A program made the translations under genes and the position numbers. The notes beneath the pieces were generated by a model, which was not told the origin of the DNA, searched no databases, and saw nothing but the letters and a program-made list of their open reading frames with translations. From a phage, in the sequence record PZ386978.1: a stretch of DNA of 64,000 nt; one strand, written 5' to 3'. Every line of letters begins with the position of its first letter. The first letter of the stretch is position 1. Positions 55,113 through 63,980 of the stretch are shown in pieces.

Positions 55113-56894
55113 ATGACTAAATCACTTTATGCAGTACCAGCAGGTTTAAATGCAGATGCTTACAAGGCATCACATATATATCAGTATCCAGATGCTACGC
55201 AATATCTTATGTTGAACCTAACACCACGTAGCGACAAATGGTTTAACAGCCCCTTAGCAATTGATGGTGTAGTGGCTTTTGGTATTCAACGTTTCGTTAA
55301 AGATTACTTGATAGACCATTGGAATGCCACCTTCTTTGAACGTGACAAAAAAGAAGCAATTGACGAAATCTTAGAAGTCATGAATGGTGTTCTGGGTAAA
55401 GATGCTATCGGTCGAGAGCATTGGGAAGCACTTCACGACTTAGGTTATCTACCAGTTGAAGTATACGCTGTAGAAGAAGGTACAGTTGTCCCTATGCGTG
55501 TCCCAATGATTGTCTTCCAGAACACTGTTTCAGGTTTCCATTGGGTAGCAGGTTATCTGGAAGATGCTTTCTCTGCTGAGATTTGGAAGGCTTGTACCAT
55601 TGCAACTATTGCATTGCATTATAAACGCATCTGTAAGAAGTGGGCTGACCTTACTTGTGACAATGACTTACATTTACCTTATCAGTGCCATGACTTTGCT
55701 ATGCGTGGTATGTCCGGCTTTACTGATGACGCATTTAACGCTGTAGGTCACTTAACCAGCTTTAAAGGAACTGATAGCTTCCCTGCTGTATACACGGCTA
55801 AACGCATCTATGGACAGTCTTACCCAATTTCTGATATTGGTAGTTCTGTACCAGCCACTGAACACTCTGTAATGTGTGCAAACATTGCTTGGGAAGGTGG
55901 TAATGAATTGATTGAAGAGGAAAGACGCTTTAAAGGTGAATTACAAACCTTCCGTCGCTTCTTAACAGAAACTTACCCAACTGGTATTGCAAGTATTGTT
56001 TCAGACACTTATAACTTCTGGAGAACTGTGTCAGAAATCTTACCAGCACTTCGCAAAGAGATTATGGAACGTGACGGTAAACTGGTAATTCGTCCTGACT
56101 CTGGAGACCCTGTACACATTGTCACAGGTTATAAAGCAATCCACTTAGAGTGTGCTAAAAAGGCTTATTATGAGCACCTAAGCAAGCTGGAAGCCAGTGA
56201 CACAATGCTGAATGCTGTTCTGAACATGAAGCTTGAAAACATCAGCTATGGTATTGCTGGATGGCTACTGTCAGAAGGCTACGAAATGGTTGTTGACCGA
56301 GAAGACTTTGAAGTTGCTGATACAGTGATGTTGAAAAATGCTTATATGGTTGGCTCTGCAAACGTTGTAACACGTCCTGTAGCAGAGATTGATGGAGCTA
56401 TTAAGACACTGTACAACATCTTTGGAGGAACTATTAACTCGAAAGGGTTTAAGGTACTGGATGAGCACATCGGCCTTATCTATGGTGACTCTATCACACT
56501 GGAACGTGCAAACGAAATCCTGAAGCGTCTGTATGAAATGGGTTTTGCAAGCTCTAACGTAGTGTTTGGCGTAGGCTCTTACACTTACCAGTACATGACT
56601 CGTGACACCTTTGCATTTGCTGTTAAAGCAACTCTTGCAAGCATTGGTGGTAAAGAGATTATGCTTGCAAAAGACCCTAAAACAGATAGTGGTGTTAAGA
56701 AGTCTGCTTTTGGTGGTGTAGCACCTATGTGGGATGGTGATAAGTTGAAAGCTGTAGATGGCTACGGATTCCAGAGCTTTGCAGATGCACTTGAACATCC
56801 AGCTTGTGCTTTACGTTTAGTCTTTAGTGACTCTGAGCAGTACGGTTACACATCTCTTGGTGATATTCGAAATAATATTGACAAGCAGCTTTAA
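55113..56894 (+). CDS. nadV: Nicotinamide phosphoribosyltransferase-like protein (NadV / candidate nicotinamide ADP-ribose transferase)
   Basis: 593 aa with NAMPT-family length and overall sequence character. Confidence 0.8.
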   Translation: MTKSLYAVPAGLNADAYKASHIYQYPDATQYLMLNLTPRSDKWFNSPLAIDGVVAFGIQRFVKDYLIDHWNATFFERDKKEAIDEILEVMNGVLGKDAIGREHWEALHDLGYLPVEVYAVEEGTVVPMRVPMIVFQNTVSGFHWVAGYLEDAFSAEIWKACTIATIALHYKRICKKWADLTCDNDLHLPYQCHDFAMRGMSGFTDDAFNAVGHLTSFKGTDSFPAVYTAKRIYGQSYPISDIGSSVPATEHSVMCANIAWEGGNELIEEERRFKGELQTFRRFLTETYPTGIASIVSDTYNFWRTVSEILPALRKEIMERDGKLVIRPDSGDPVHIVTGYKAIHLECAKKAYYEHLSKLEASDTMLNAVLNMKLENISYGIAGWLLSEGYEMVVDREDFEVADTVMLKNAYMVGSANVVTRPVAEIDGAIKTLYNIFGGTINSKGFKVLDEHIGLIYGDSITLERANEILKRLYEMGFASSNVVFGVGSYTYQYMTRDTFAFAVKATLASIGGKEIMLAKDPKTDSGVKKSAFGGVAPMWDGDKLKAVDGYGFQSFADALEHPACALRLVFSDSEQYGYTSLGDIRNNIDKQL

Positions 56895-56909
56895 AAGTAT
56901 ATGATAAGA

Positions 56910-56930
56910 GGCTCCTACGGGAGCCTTTTT
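56910..56930 (+). terminator. Intrinsic terminator
   Basis: GGCTCC-TACG-GGAGCC followed by TTTTT. Confidence 0.65.
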
Positions 56931-56947
56931 AATTTCTGGAGAAAGAT

Positions 56948-57283
56948 ATGAAAATCAAAGAGATGAACATTAACGTTGTCCTAGAAGAACGTTGGGAAAA
57001 CATTAAGAAACCTGAAGATGGTAAAAAGTTCCTTAACAAAATTTTAGTAGCAGCTAAAGAAGAACTGACTGGCAAGATTGCAGCAGCAATCACAATAAAA
57101 GTCTGTGTAAAAGGTCTTCCACAACATCACCAATTTGCACTTGACGAGTTTAAAGAAAGCTTCTACAATCCAAACAAACAGATACTTGAAAGTAACTTTG
57201 CAGTGTCTACAAGTATCGTCCATGACAGAAGCTTTATCCTTTACAAAAACATGAGGGGTGAGTCATGCAAGCATATTGGATAG
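56948..57283 (+). CDS. Hypothetical protein
   Basis: 111 aa ORF. Confidence 0.45.
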   Translation: MKIKEMNINVVLEERWENIKKPEDGKKFLNKILVAAKEELTGKIAAAITIKVCVKGLPQHHQFALDEFKESFYNPNKQILESNFAVSTSIVHDRSFILYKNMRGESCKHIG

Positions 57284-57441
57284 AAATTTTACTGTCACTT
57301 GGTAGTGTAGCAGTATTTGTTTACCTTCTTTGCAAGTACTATGCAGAGCACAAGAAGTGTGATTACTGCAACGGGGAAGGGTATACGAGAGCAGGCTGTT
57401 GCCCTATTTGTGGTGGTTCTGGTAAAATGTTTAATAAGTAA
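57265..57441 (+). CDS. Membrane-anchored DnaJ-type zinc-finger micro-protein (58 aa), below the ORF-track cutoff
   Basis: ATG with GAGGGGTGA ribosome-binding site; hydrophobic N-terminus then CDYCNGEG and CPICGGSG (two CxxCxGxG repeats). Confidence 0.35.
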   Translation: MQAYWIEILLSLGSVAVFVYLLCKYYAEHKKCDYCNGEGYTRAGCCPICGGSGKMFNK

Positions 57442-57469
57442 TTTAACAGTAAACTAAGAGGAAAGTATT

Positions 57470-59836
57470 ATGCGCATGGTAAACGACCACGCAGAAGTGA
57501 TTAAGAGTTCAACTTCTTTGGAGACATCTCAAGCACAGATTACAATGACACCTGAAATGTTCAGCCTTTTGAGTTCAGGTGTATACACATTCAAAGAAAG
57601 GGCAGTAATTCGTGAACTGTCATGTAACGCAGTAGATGCTCAAAAAGAAGCTGGAAAAGAGAACATCCCATTCCATGTGCATTTACCTACTCGATTTGAG
57701 CCTTACTTTGAAGTCCGTGACTTTGGAACTGGTTTAACCCATGACAAAGTAATGAGTTTGTATCTGAACTATGGGGCTTCTACGAAGAATGACTCCAATG
57801 ATTACATTGGTGCAATGGGTATCGGCTCAAAATCCCCATTTGCAATTGCTCAGTCATTCACAGTATCTAGCTATGTTGATGGTGTTGTTAATAAGTACTC
57901 TGTTTACCTTGAGAATGGTATCCCTCAAGTAACTAAGCTTACTACCAACCCAACAAATGAACCCAATGGTTTAGCTGTACGTGTAGCAGTTGCTGACCAT
58001 CGTATCTCAAAGTTCTTTGAAGAGGCTGGTCACGTATACTCATACTTTGCTGTAAAACCAGAAAGTAATATTGTGTACGACGATGTATTAGCAGATATGA
58101 ACGTCATTGCCCGTGAAGAGGGTGTTTATGATGCCATGATTCATAAGCAAAGTTGGCGCTCTAGCGGTAACAGGACAGAGTTTAATGTGGTGATGGGTAA
58201 TATCACCTATCCAGTTAACATGGAAGCGTTACTTGGTGATGATTTCTTCAAAGTCTTGCCAGAATTTTTCCGTAGGAGCGTAGACCTTGTAAACATCTAC
58301 ATGCCTATCGGTTCAGTTGCTATTGCAGCTTCTCGTGAAGCATTGCAGATGAATGATACGACAAAAAATGTTATCATTGAAGCTACTAAAAAGATAACTG
58401 AAGCAATTACAAAGGATGTTATCAAGAAAGTTAACAGCCAACCTACACTCATGGATGCTGCACAGGCTTATGCTGAGTTACGTTTGAACTCACGAGAGAT
58501 GTTTAATGCTGTGTGTCCAAAGCTAGAGTGGGGAGGCGTTAAGCTTGATTCTCTGGAAGAAGAATTACTAAACATTCGTCGTGGGATTATCTACGCAGAA
58601 GACGGCTCAGTCATTTATGAACGTGACGGTAAAGGTAATATCAAGGTTGATAGGAACGGGAACAATATCCCTAAAGTGGATTATCTTTATAACCCAGTTG
58701 CTTATGTCAAGTTCAACTCTTTAGAGAGTAAGATTCGTGCAACAGCACTTTCCTACACTCAAGAGGCAAGTATGTTCAATATCTTTGGTGCAATGCGTAA
58801 AAGCCAAATTGAACAGTTTTTGTTCGTGATTAATGACCGTCGTAATAAAAATGGCACTGAGAAGACTGTAGGCCGCAATCAGATTCTGCGTGGTGCATGT
58901 CGAGACTACGCTAACGAGTCAAGCCTGTTCCACAGATACAATGGTATTGTGTTTGTATTCTCGACTGAAAAAGAGTTAGATGATTTAATCAATCTGCATA
59001 AACTTGATAAAAGTTTGTTAAAGATTGTGAAGATGTCTGATAAGGAACACCATTATCAGCGTAAAGAAGCTGTGAGGGGTGTTGTAAAACTCTGGAAAGC
59101 TGTTCCATCAGAAACTAAAGCTTCATACACAGAGGTGTCAGAAGACCTAGATACAATTGAAGAACCCCAGCTTTATATCAAGGCAGTAGGCGACACAGTT
59201 GATGGTGAATGTTTTTGCTCATCCCCAGAAGATGTAGCTAAAACAATTGCTAATTTTATAGGAAAAACAGTCTATGTTTTCCGAAAAGCAAATTGGAAAA
59301 AGATACCAGAAGACTGGATTGAAGTAGATGAGAAGCTATTGAATGACAGCTTAACTGATGTTCACTGGATTAATCATAACAGGTATATGACACGTATCTA
59401 TATGAATGGTGTCCTTGACCTTACAAGTAGTTGGATTATTGCCAGAAACTTTACGTTTAATAACAAGAAGATTTCTCGCGGGTATTGCTATTCACGAGAT
59501 ACAAACAAAACCATCTTCTTAGAAGGTAATGAGAATGCTGTTGAGGCAATGTTTGGTAAGATTCAGTATGTGGCTGCACCGTTTGCATACACTTACACTA
59601 TCAGTGTTCTTCAGGATTTGAAGTCATGCCTTGACAATGATACAAAACTGTACAAAAAGATTAAGAAAGCGGGTGACCGCATGGTTATCAAACTGACAAA
59701 CTACCTTTCAAAAAGAAAACAAGAAAACTTCTTGCTTTCCCATTTAGATTGGAATAAAGTGTCACCCATCGAAGTGAGTAAGTTCTTAGGCTTTGATGTG
59801 AAGTGTGTTCCAGAAGGGACTACAATTTACGATTAA
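57470..59836 (+). CDS. rIIA: rIIA-like protein with GHKL-type ATPase N-terminal domain
   Basis: 788 aa; GHKL N-box ELSCNAVDA and G1 box DFGTGL; directly upstream of an rIIB-sized gene. Confidence 0.7.
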   Translation: MRMVNDHAEVIKSSTSLETSQAQITMTPEMFSLLSSGVYTFKERAVIRELSCNAVDAQKEAGKENIPFHVHLPTRFEPYFEVRDFGTGLTHDKVMSLYLNYGASTKNDSNDYIGAMGIGSKSPFAIAQSFTVSSYVDGVVNKYSVYLENGIPQVTKLTTNPTNEPNGLAVRVAVADHRISKFFEEAGHVYSYFAVKPESNIVYDDVLADMNVIAREEGVYDAMIHKQSWRSSGNRTEFNVVMGNITYPVNMEALLGDDFFKVLPEFFRRSVDLVNIYMPIGSVAIAASREALQMNDTTKNVIIEATKKITEAITKDVIKKVNSQPTLMDAAQAYAELRLNSREMFNAVCPKLEWGGVKLDSLEEELLNIRRGIIYAEDGSVIYERDGKGNIKVDRNGNNIPKVDYLYNPVAYVKFNSLESKIRATALSYTQEASMFNIFGAMRKSQIEQFLFVINDRRNKNGTEKTVGRNQILRGACRDYANESSLFHRYNGIVFVFSTEKELDDLINLHKLDKSLLKIVKMSDKEHHYQRKEAVRGVVKLWKAVPSETKASYTEVSEDLDTIEEPQLYIKAVGDTVDGECFCSSPEDVAKTIANFIGKTVYVFRKANWKKIPEDWIEVDEKLLNDSLTDVHWINHNRYMTRIYMNGVLDLTSSWIIARNFTFNNKKISRGYCYSRDTNKTIFLEGNENAVEAMFGKIQYVAAPFAYTYTISVLQDLKSCLDNDTKLYKKIKKAGDRMVIKLTNYLSKRKQENFLLSHLDWNKVSPIEVSKFLGFDVKCVPEGTTIYD

Positions 59837-59841
59837 AGTGT

Positions 59842-59871
59842 TTGACAAGGGGCTTCAAAGCCCCTTAGAAT
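59842..59871 (+). promoter_or_regulatory. Promoter candidate (TTGACA-18-TAGAAT) with a hairpin in the spacer
   Basis: TTGACAAGGGG motif; GGGGCT-TCAA-AGCCCC hairpin; 45 bp upstream of rIIB. Confidence 0.35.
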
Positions 59872-59915
59872 AGCCTTACAAAATGATTTATTAACTAACA
59901 AGAGAGAGTAATAAG

Positions 59916-61025
59916 ATGACTATTAAAACTAAAGCACAGATTGACGCAGAAATTTACAAACTGGTTAAAGAGGGTAAGCTGACTAAAACAGCTATTGCAC
60001 AGAAATTTAACACCTCAACCCGTTCAGTCGGTCGTGCTGTAGAGCGTCATGAAGCAACCTTAAAAGGTAAGAAAAAGGTAGCTTCTAAACCAGCTACGAA
60101 GACTTTGAAGCAAGTTGCTAAATCAGTTAAAAAGAAAGCTGGAAAACCAGTTGAAAATGTTGTTAAAGAGACTGTACAAAAGGCTCCGGTAAATAAACTA
60201 CACGAAGCTATGCAGAATGGTAACCAGATTGAGTATATGATTACTGGCGATTCTGTTATCATGACTTTCGGTGCAGATTCTGAAATCGTTGAATCTACCC
60301 ATCCGAACTACAAAGAAATCGTAATGGCTGTTGTATCCGGTGAGTATAAGAAAGCTTTCGAACTGATGAACATTCGTAAGTCTATCGAAAACTTCACTCA
60401 GGGTGCTATCACAATCAAAGGTGACAAGCTATTCTACGGTGCTGTTGAGATGCGTTCTACTCTGGTTGACCGTATTCTTCACATGATGAAGACTGGAGAT
60501 AAAGGTTTTGAACGCCTTGTGATGTTCTTCGAAAAACTGATGGAAAACCCATCTAAAGACTCTGTAGAACAACTTTGGGGCTTCGTATCTCACCTTGATG
60601 TTGAAATTGATGAAGAAGGTTACATCATTGGTTGGAAGAAAGTATCTACTCGTGAAGGCAAGCTGGTTGACTCCCACACCTACAGAGTACCTAATGATTT
60701 GGGTAACATTGTAGAAATGCCACGTTGGATGGTTGATAATAACCGTAACGTGACTTGCTCTCAAGGTCTTCATGTTGGTGCTTGGGATTATGTTCGTTGC
60801 TTCTCAGGTGATACAATTCTGAAGGTTCGTGTCCATCCACGAGACGTTGTATCCGTACCAACTGATTACAATGATATGAAGATGCGCTCGTCTCGTTATG
60901 AAGTTGCAGCAATCGTTGATAATCAACGTAAAGTGCTGAAAGCATGGGATGGCAAGACTGAAGCTTTGCATGTCATCGTTGGCACTGCTGGAGAACTTAT
61001 CTCCCAACGTAAACGTGAAATCTAA
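59916..61025 (+). CDS. rIIB: rIIB-like protein
   Basis: 369 aa ORF immediately downstream of the rIIA-like gene; assignment by position and size. Confidence 0.5.
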   Translation: MTIKTKAQIDAEIYKLVKEGKLTKTAIAQKFNTSTRSVGRAVERHEATLKGKKKVASKPATKTLKQVAKSVKKKAGKPVENVVKETVQKAPVNKLHEAMQNGNQIEYMITGDSVIMTFGADSEIVESTHPNYKEIVMAVVSGEYKKAFELMNIRKSIENFTQGAITIKGDKLFYGAVEMRSTLVDRILHMMKTGDKGFERLVMFFEKLMENPSKDSVEQLWGFVSHLDVEIDEEGYIIGWKKVSTREGKLVDSHTYRVPNDLGNIVEMPRWMVDNNRNVTCSQGLHVGAWDYVRCFSGDTILKVRVHPRDVVSVPTDYNDMKMRSSRYEVAAIVDNQRKVLKAWDGKTEALHVIVGTAGELISQRKREI

Positions 61026-61042
61026 TAAGTAATTTCTTAAAA

Positions 61043-61064
61043 GGCTGCTTCGGCGGCCTTTTTT
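61043..61064 (+). terminator. Intrinsic terminator with UUCG tetraloop
   Basis: GGCTGC-TTCG-GCGGCC (one G-U pair) followed by TTTTTT. Confidence 0.65.
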
Positions 61065-61125
61065 ATTTGTATTTTGTGCAGAGTGCTGTATAATTGTTGT
61101 CACGATAAACTAAACAGGAGAACCA

Positions 61126-61674
61126 ATGAAGAAATTGATTCTAGGTTTGTGCTTAATGTTTACAGCACACTTATCTTATGCAGTTGACTGCCCAGAGCTA
61201 TCAATTAGCCAAAAAGTAAACATGTTAAAAGCTTACCAGTATGGTGAGAATAACATGGGTAAAGGTTGGGGTATCACTCTAGCTGCTATAGCCTTACAAG
61301 AGTCAGAGTTAGGTCTGAATGTAGAGAATAAAAAGACACATGATTATGGTATCTTCCAGAATCACTTGAAGACTGTTGTAAAGCGTAACAAAATCAGTCC
61401 TAATGTGGCTAAAAAGAAACTCTTAAAAGATTTTGACTATGCTGCAAAGGAAACACACAAAGAGCTTGAATTTTGGACTAAGGTACACGGTCAACCAAAG
61501 TCAAAGAAGACTTTACAAAAAGTTTTAGCATCATATAATGCTGGGTATTCGTACAGAATCCCTAAAGCTAAGAAATATTCTCAAAATGTCTATAACAATA
61601 TGAAAGTCATCGCTCAATGTGAATTTGCAACAAACATTTCTAAGGTAAATCATGAAAAAATTAAGAAAGTCTGA
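61126..61674 (+). CDS. Secreted lytic transglycosylase-like protein (endolysin candidate)
   Basis: Signal-peptide-like MKKLILGLCLMFTAHLSYA; SLT-like ALQESELG ... DYGIFQ. Confidence 0.5.
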   Translation: MKKLILGLCLMFTAHLSYAVDCPELSISQKVNMLKAYQYGENNMGKGWGITLAAIALQESELGLNVENKKTHDYGIFQNHLKTVVKRNKISPNVAKKKLLKDFDYAAKETHKELEFWTKVHGQPKSKKTLQKVLASYNAGYSYRIPKAKKYSQNVYNNMKVIAQCEFATNISKVNHEKIKKV

Positions 61675-62347
61675 TGAAGTACTGTGTCATGCTTATGACT
61701 TGCATCCTCATGAGTTAGGGCTTGATTCCTGTATATGGACTCCAGAACAGTGCAGGGATTTTGAAGACACTGCAAGAGAGGTTGCATGTTCACTCGAAGA
61801 GTTCCACACATCAGAACCAATTGTGAACGTTGTGGACAAAGAGACTGGACAATCTATAGGTGTAAGACGTGACAGTTTAGTCATAGTCAATAAAGACCTT
61901 GTAGAAAAAGGTAACCTCATCTTAGCAGATATTGATGGTGTTCTTACAAATTTTAATCACGAAGATTGTTCAACGGAATTGACTGATGGTTCATTTTCAC
62001 AGTACACTAATCTTCTTGACTCTGTAAGAGCAAAACCAACGTATGTTTTCAATATCATTGATGCAATTGCTAATCATGCTGCCGTTGGACTCTTGACAGC
62101 GAGAGGCGAATCTCAGAGAATACCCACTGAGATGTTTTTAAGGCATAACACAGAGCATGATTATATGCTTTTTATGCGTGGTTTTGGAACTAACTCTATA
62201 AGTGCAGAAAGTTTGAAAGTGAGGATGATTCAGTCTTGCATTCTGCCTTACTTTAATATAGTATGTTTTATAGAAGATACAGAGAAGAATGTGCAGAAGG
62301 TGAACAGAATCCTTCCACACATCAAAACCATGTTAGTTAAACATTGA
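61652..62347 (+). CDS. HAD-superfamily phosphatase/nucleotidase-like protein
   Basis: 231 aa; HAD motif I LILADIDGVL (DxDGxL). Confidence 0.45.
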   Translation: MKKLRKSDEVLCHAYDLHPHELGLDSCIWTPEQCRDFEDTAREVACSLEEFHTSEPIVNVVDKETGQSIGVRRDSLVIVNKDLVEKGNLILADIDGVLTNFNHEDCSTELTDGSFSQYTNLLDSVRAKPTYVFNIIDAIANHAAVGLLTARGESQRIPTEMFLRHNTEHDYMLFMRGFGTNSISAESLKVRMIQSCILPYFNIVCFIEDTEKNVQKVNRILPHIKTMLVKH

Positions 62348-62357
62348 GAGAAAACTT

Positions 62358-62822
62358 ATGAACAATATCATTACGGTAGCACTGGACGTTACGGCAAACA
62401 AATCTGAAGTAGTTCGTAACATTATCAAGAGCAACTTTGAGGGTAAAATCTTCCGTGCTGTCAATGTAAAAGCAGACGGCAACATCCGAGAGTATCGTGC
62501 TCTTTTGAATGTTAAGAAACACGTCAAAGGTTCTGGTTCAACGACTGCACACAAAGAAAACCTGATGACTATCTATGATATGGGGATGGCCTCAGAATTA
62601 GGTGCTGAAGGTATCGTTAAAGAAGGTGCTCCGTACCGCTCTTTCAATCTGGAAACTGCTCTTATGCTTTCCTTTACAAGTGGTTCTAAAACAACCACTT
62701 ATCTCTTTACTGATGCTGCAACGGTATCTGCTATCAAGGATAACGCTATCAAAGCTGGGGTAGCTGCTGCTGCAAAAGCTTCTTCGATGGCTGCAAATGT
62801 CCTTGCTAAAGTCCTCGGTTAA
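62358..62822 (+). CDS. Hypothetical protein
   Basis: 154 aa ORF followed by a terminator. Confidence 0.45.
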   Translation: MNNIITVALDVTANKSEVVRNIIKSNFEGKIFRAVNVKADGNIREYRALLNVKKHVKGSGSTTAHKENLMTIYDMGMASELGAEGIVKEGAPYRSFNLETALMLSFTSGSKTTTYLFTDAATVSAIKDNAIKAGVAAAAKASSMAANVLAKVLG

Positions 62823-62834
62823 GGTTAAGATACA

Positions 62835-62855
62835 GGCTCCTTCGGGAGCCTTTTT
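62835..62855 (+). terminator. Intrinsic terminator with UUCG tetraloop
   Basis: GGCTCC-TTCG-GGAGCC followed by TTTTT. Confidence 0.65.
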
Positions 62856-62874
62856 CATTTCAGGAGATTGTTAA

Positions 62875-63222
62875 ATGACATTTAAAGAGTTCTGTCAAGC
62901 TACTTTCATAATTGTTTTCTTAGTTGGGGCAGGTGTCTGGGGAGGATACTCTTACAGAGACTACCAAGTTGCTGAAACTGAGCTAAACAATCAAAAGCTC
63001 ATAAGTGTTGCTAAAGATGCTTATCAGGAAGGATTAGTTACACTGAGCACCAATTACAAAAATGATTTGAAAGATGTGCTTGCTAAGAATAAGCACACAA
63101 AAGAGGTACTAACATATGAAAAAACTAAGCCAGAGTTTTATAATGTTTGTGTTACTGATAATTATGTCAGGGTGTTCAACGAACAAAGTGAACAGTACAT
63201 TCAAAAACTCCCAAGTAAGTGA
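62875..63222 (+). CDS. i-spanin candidate (Rz-like)
   Basis: 115 aa; N-terminal transmembrane segment ATFIIVFLVGAGVWGG, then charged helical periplasmic domain. Confidence 0.5.
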   Translation: MTFKEFCQATFIIVFLVGAGVWGGYSYRDYQVAETELNNQKLISVAKDAYQEGLVTLSTNYKNDLKDVLAKNKHTKEVLTYEKTKPEFYNVCVTDNYVRVFNEQSEQYIQKLPSK

Positions 63223-63385
63223 GAGTGATAAGTACACTCAAGAAGAATCACGGTATATCGTCAAAGGCAACACAGGCAGTGATGTAGCAGCAGCACTTGA
63301 GTTCTACCGTGACGGCTTTTACCAGTGTACAATTAAAGCTAATAACCTTATTGACATGATTTTATTAGGGAATAAGCAGCAATGA
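63116..63385 (+). CDS. o-spanin candidate (Rz1-like lipoprotein)
   Basis: 89 aa; lipoprotein signal with lipobox-like IIMSGC; starts out of frame inside the 3' part of the i-spanin candidate. Confidence 0.5.
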   Translation: MKKLSQSFIMFVLLIIMSGCSTNKVNSTFKNSQVSESDKYTQEESRYIVKGNTGSDVAAALEFYRDGFYQCTIKANNLIDMILLGNKQQ

Positions 63386-63651
63386 CAGAGAATCAAGACA
63401 CTTTCTATGTAGAAGGTTACTTACTGTTGCCACGACCAAAAGAAACTTATATGCGAATTGATTTCTTACCAACCATTATGGATAATGTGATGTGCCATAT
63501 CTTTATGCAAGGTGTCACAGCACAACTTAAACATGTTGGTAAAGAGTGCAAAATAAAGATTGACACTCATCCAGAAATCAAAGAGAATCACTACACATGG
63601 TTCTTACCAGACTCTAAAGAAATCTTAGCAGTTCTTAAAACGAGGAAGTAA
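63382..63651 (+). CDS. Hypothetical protein
   Basis: 89 aa ORF. Confidence 0.45.
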   Translation: MTENQDTFYVEGYLLLPRPKETYMRIDFLPTIMDNVMCHIFMQGVTAQLKHVGKECKIKIDTHPEIKENHYTWFLPDSKEILAVLKTRK

Positions 63652-63653
63652 CT

Positions 63654-63980
63654 ATGCAGATTAATGGAAGAGACTTTGTAGCCGTTTACTACGAGAAAGG
63701 TAAAGAAGTTGGCGTAGCACAAGTATCTTATGGCAATGGTAAGTGGCTATATGGAACAATCGCAGTAGTAGGAACAAGAAGTGATACAAAAACTTTTAAA
63801 GATTGTGTTGAACTTCTTGAAGAATCCATCCATAATCATTGGTGTCTGATATGGATGACTGATAACGAAGTGATGGAGCGTTTCAAAAAGATTGATATCC
63901 ACATTGACAGTATTGAGCATGTTGATTTATATGAGCTAACTGAGAAGGTAAACTATGAAAGTAATACTAGCCAGAGATAA
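63654..63980 (+). CDS. Hypothetical protein
   Basis: 108 aa ORF. Confidence 0.45.
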   Translation: MQINGRDFVAVYYEKGKEVGVAQVSYGNGKWLYGTIAVVGTRSDTKTFKDCVELLEESIHNHWCLIWMTDNEVMERFKKIDIHIDSIEHVDLYELTEKVNYESNTSQR

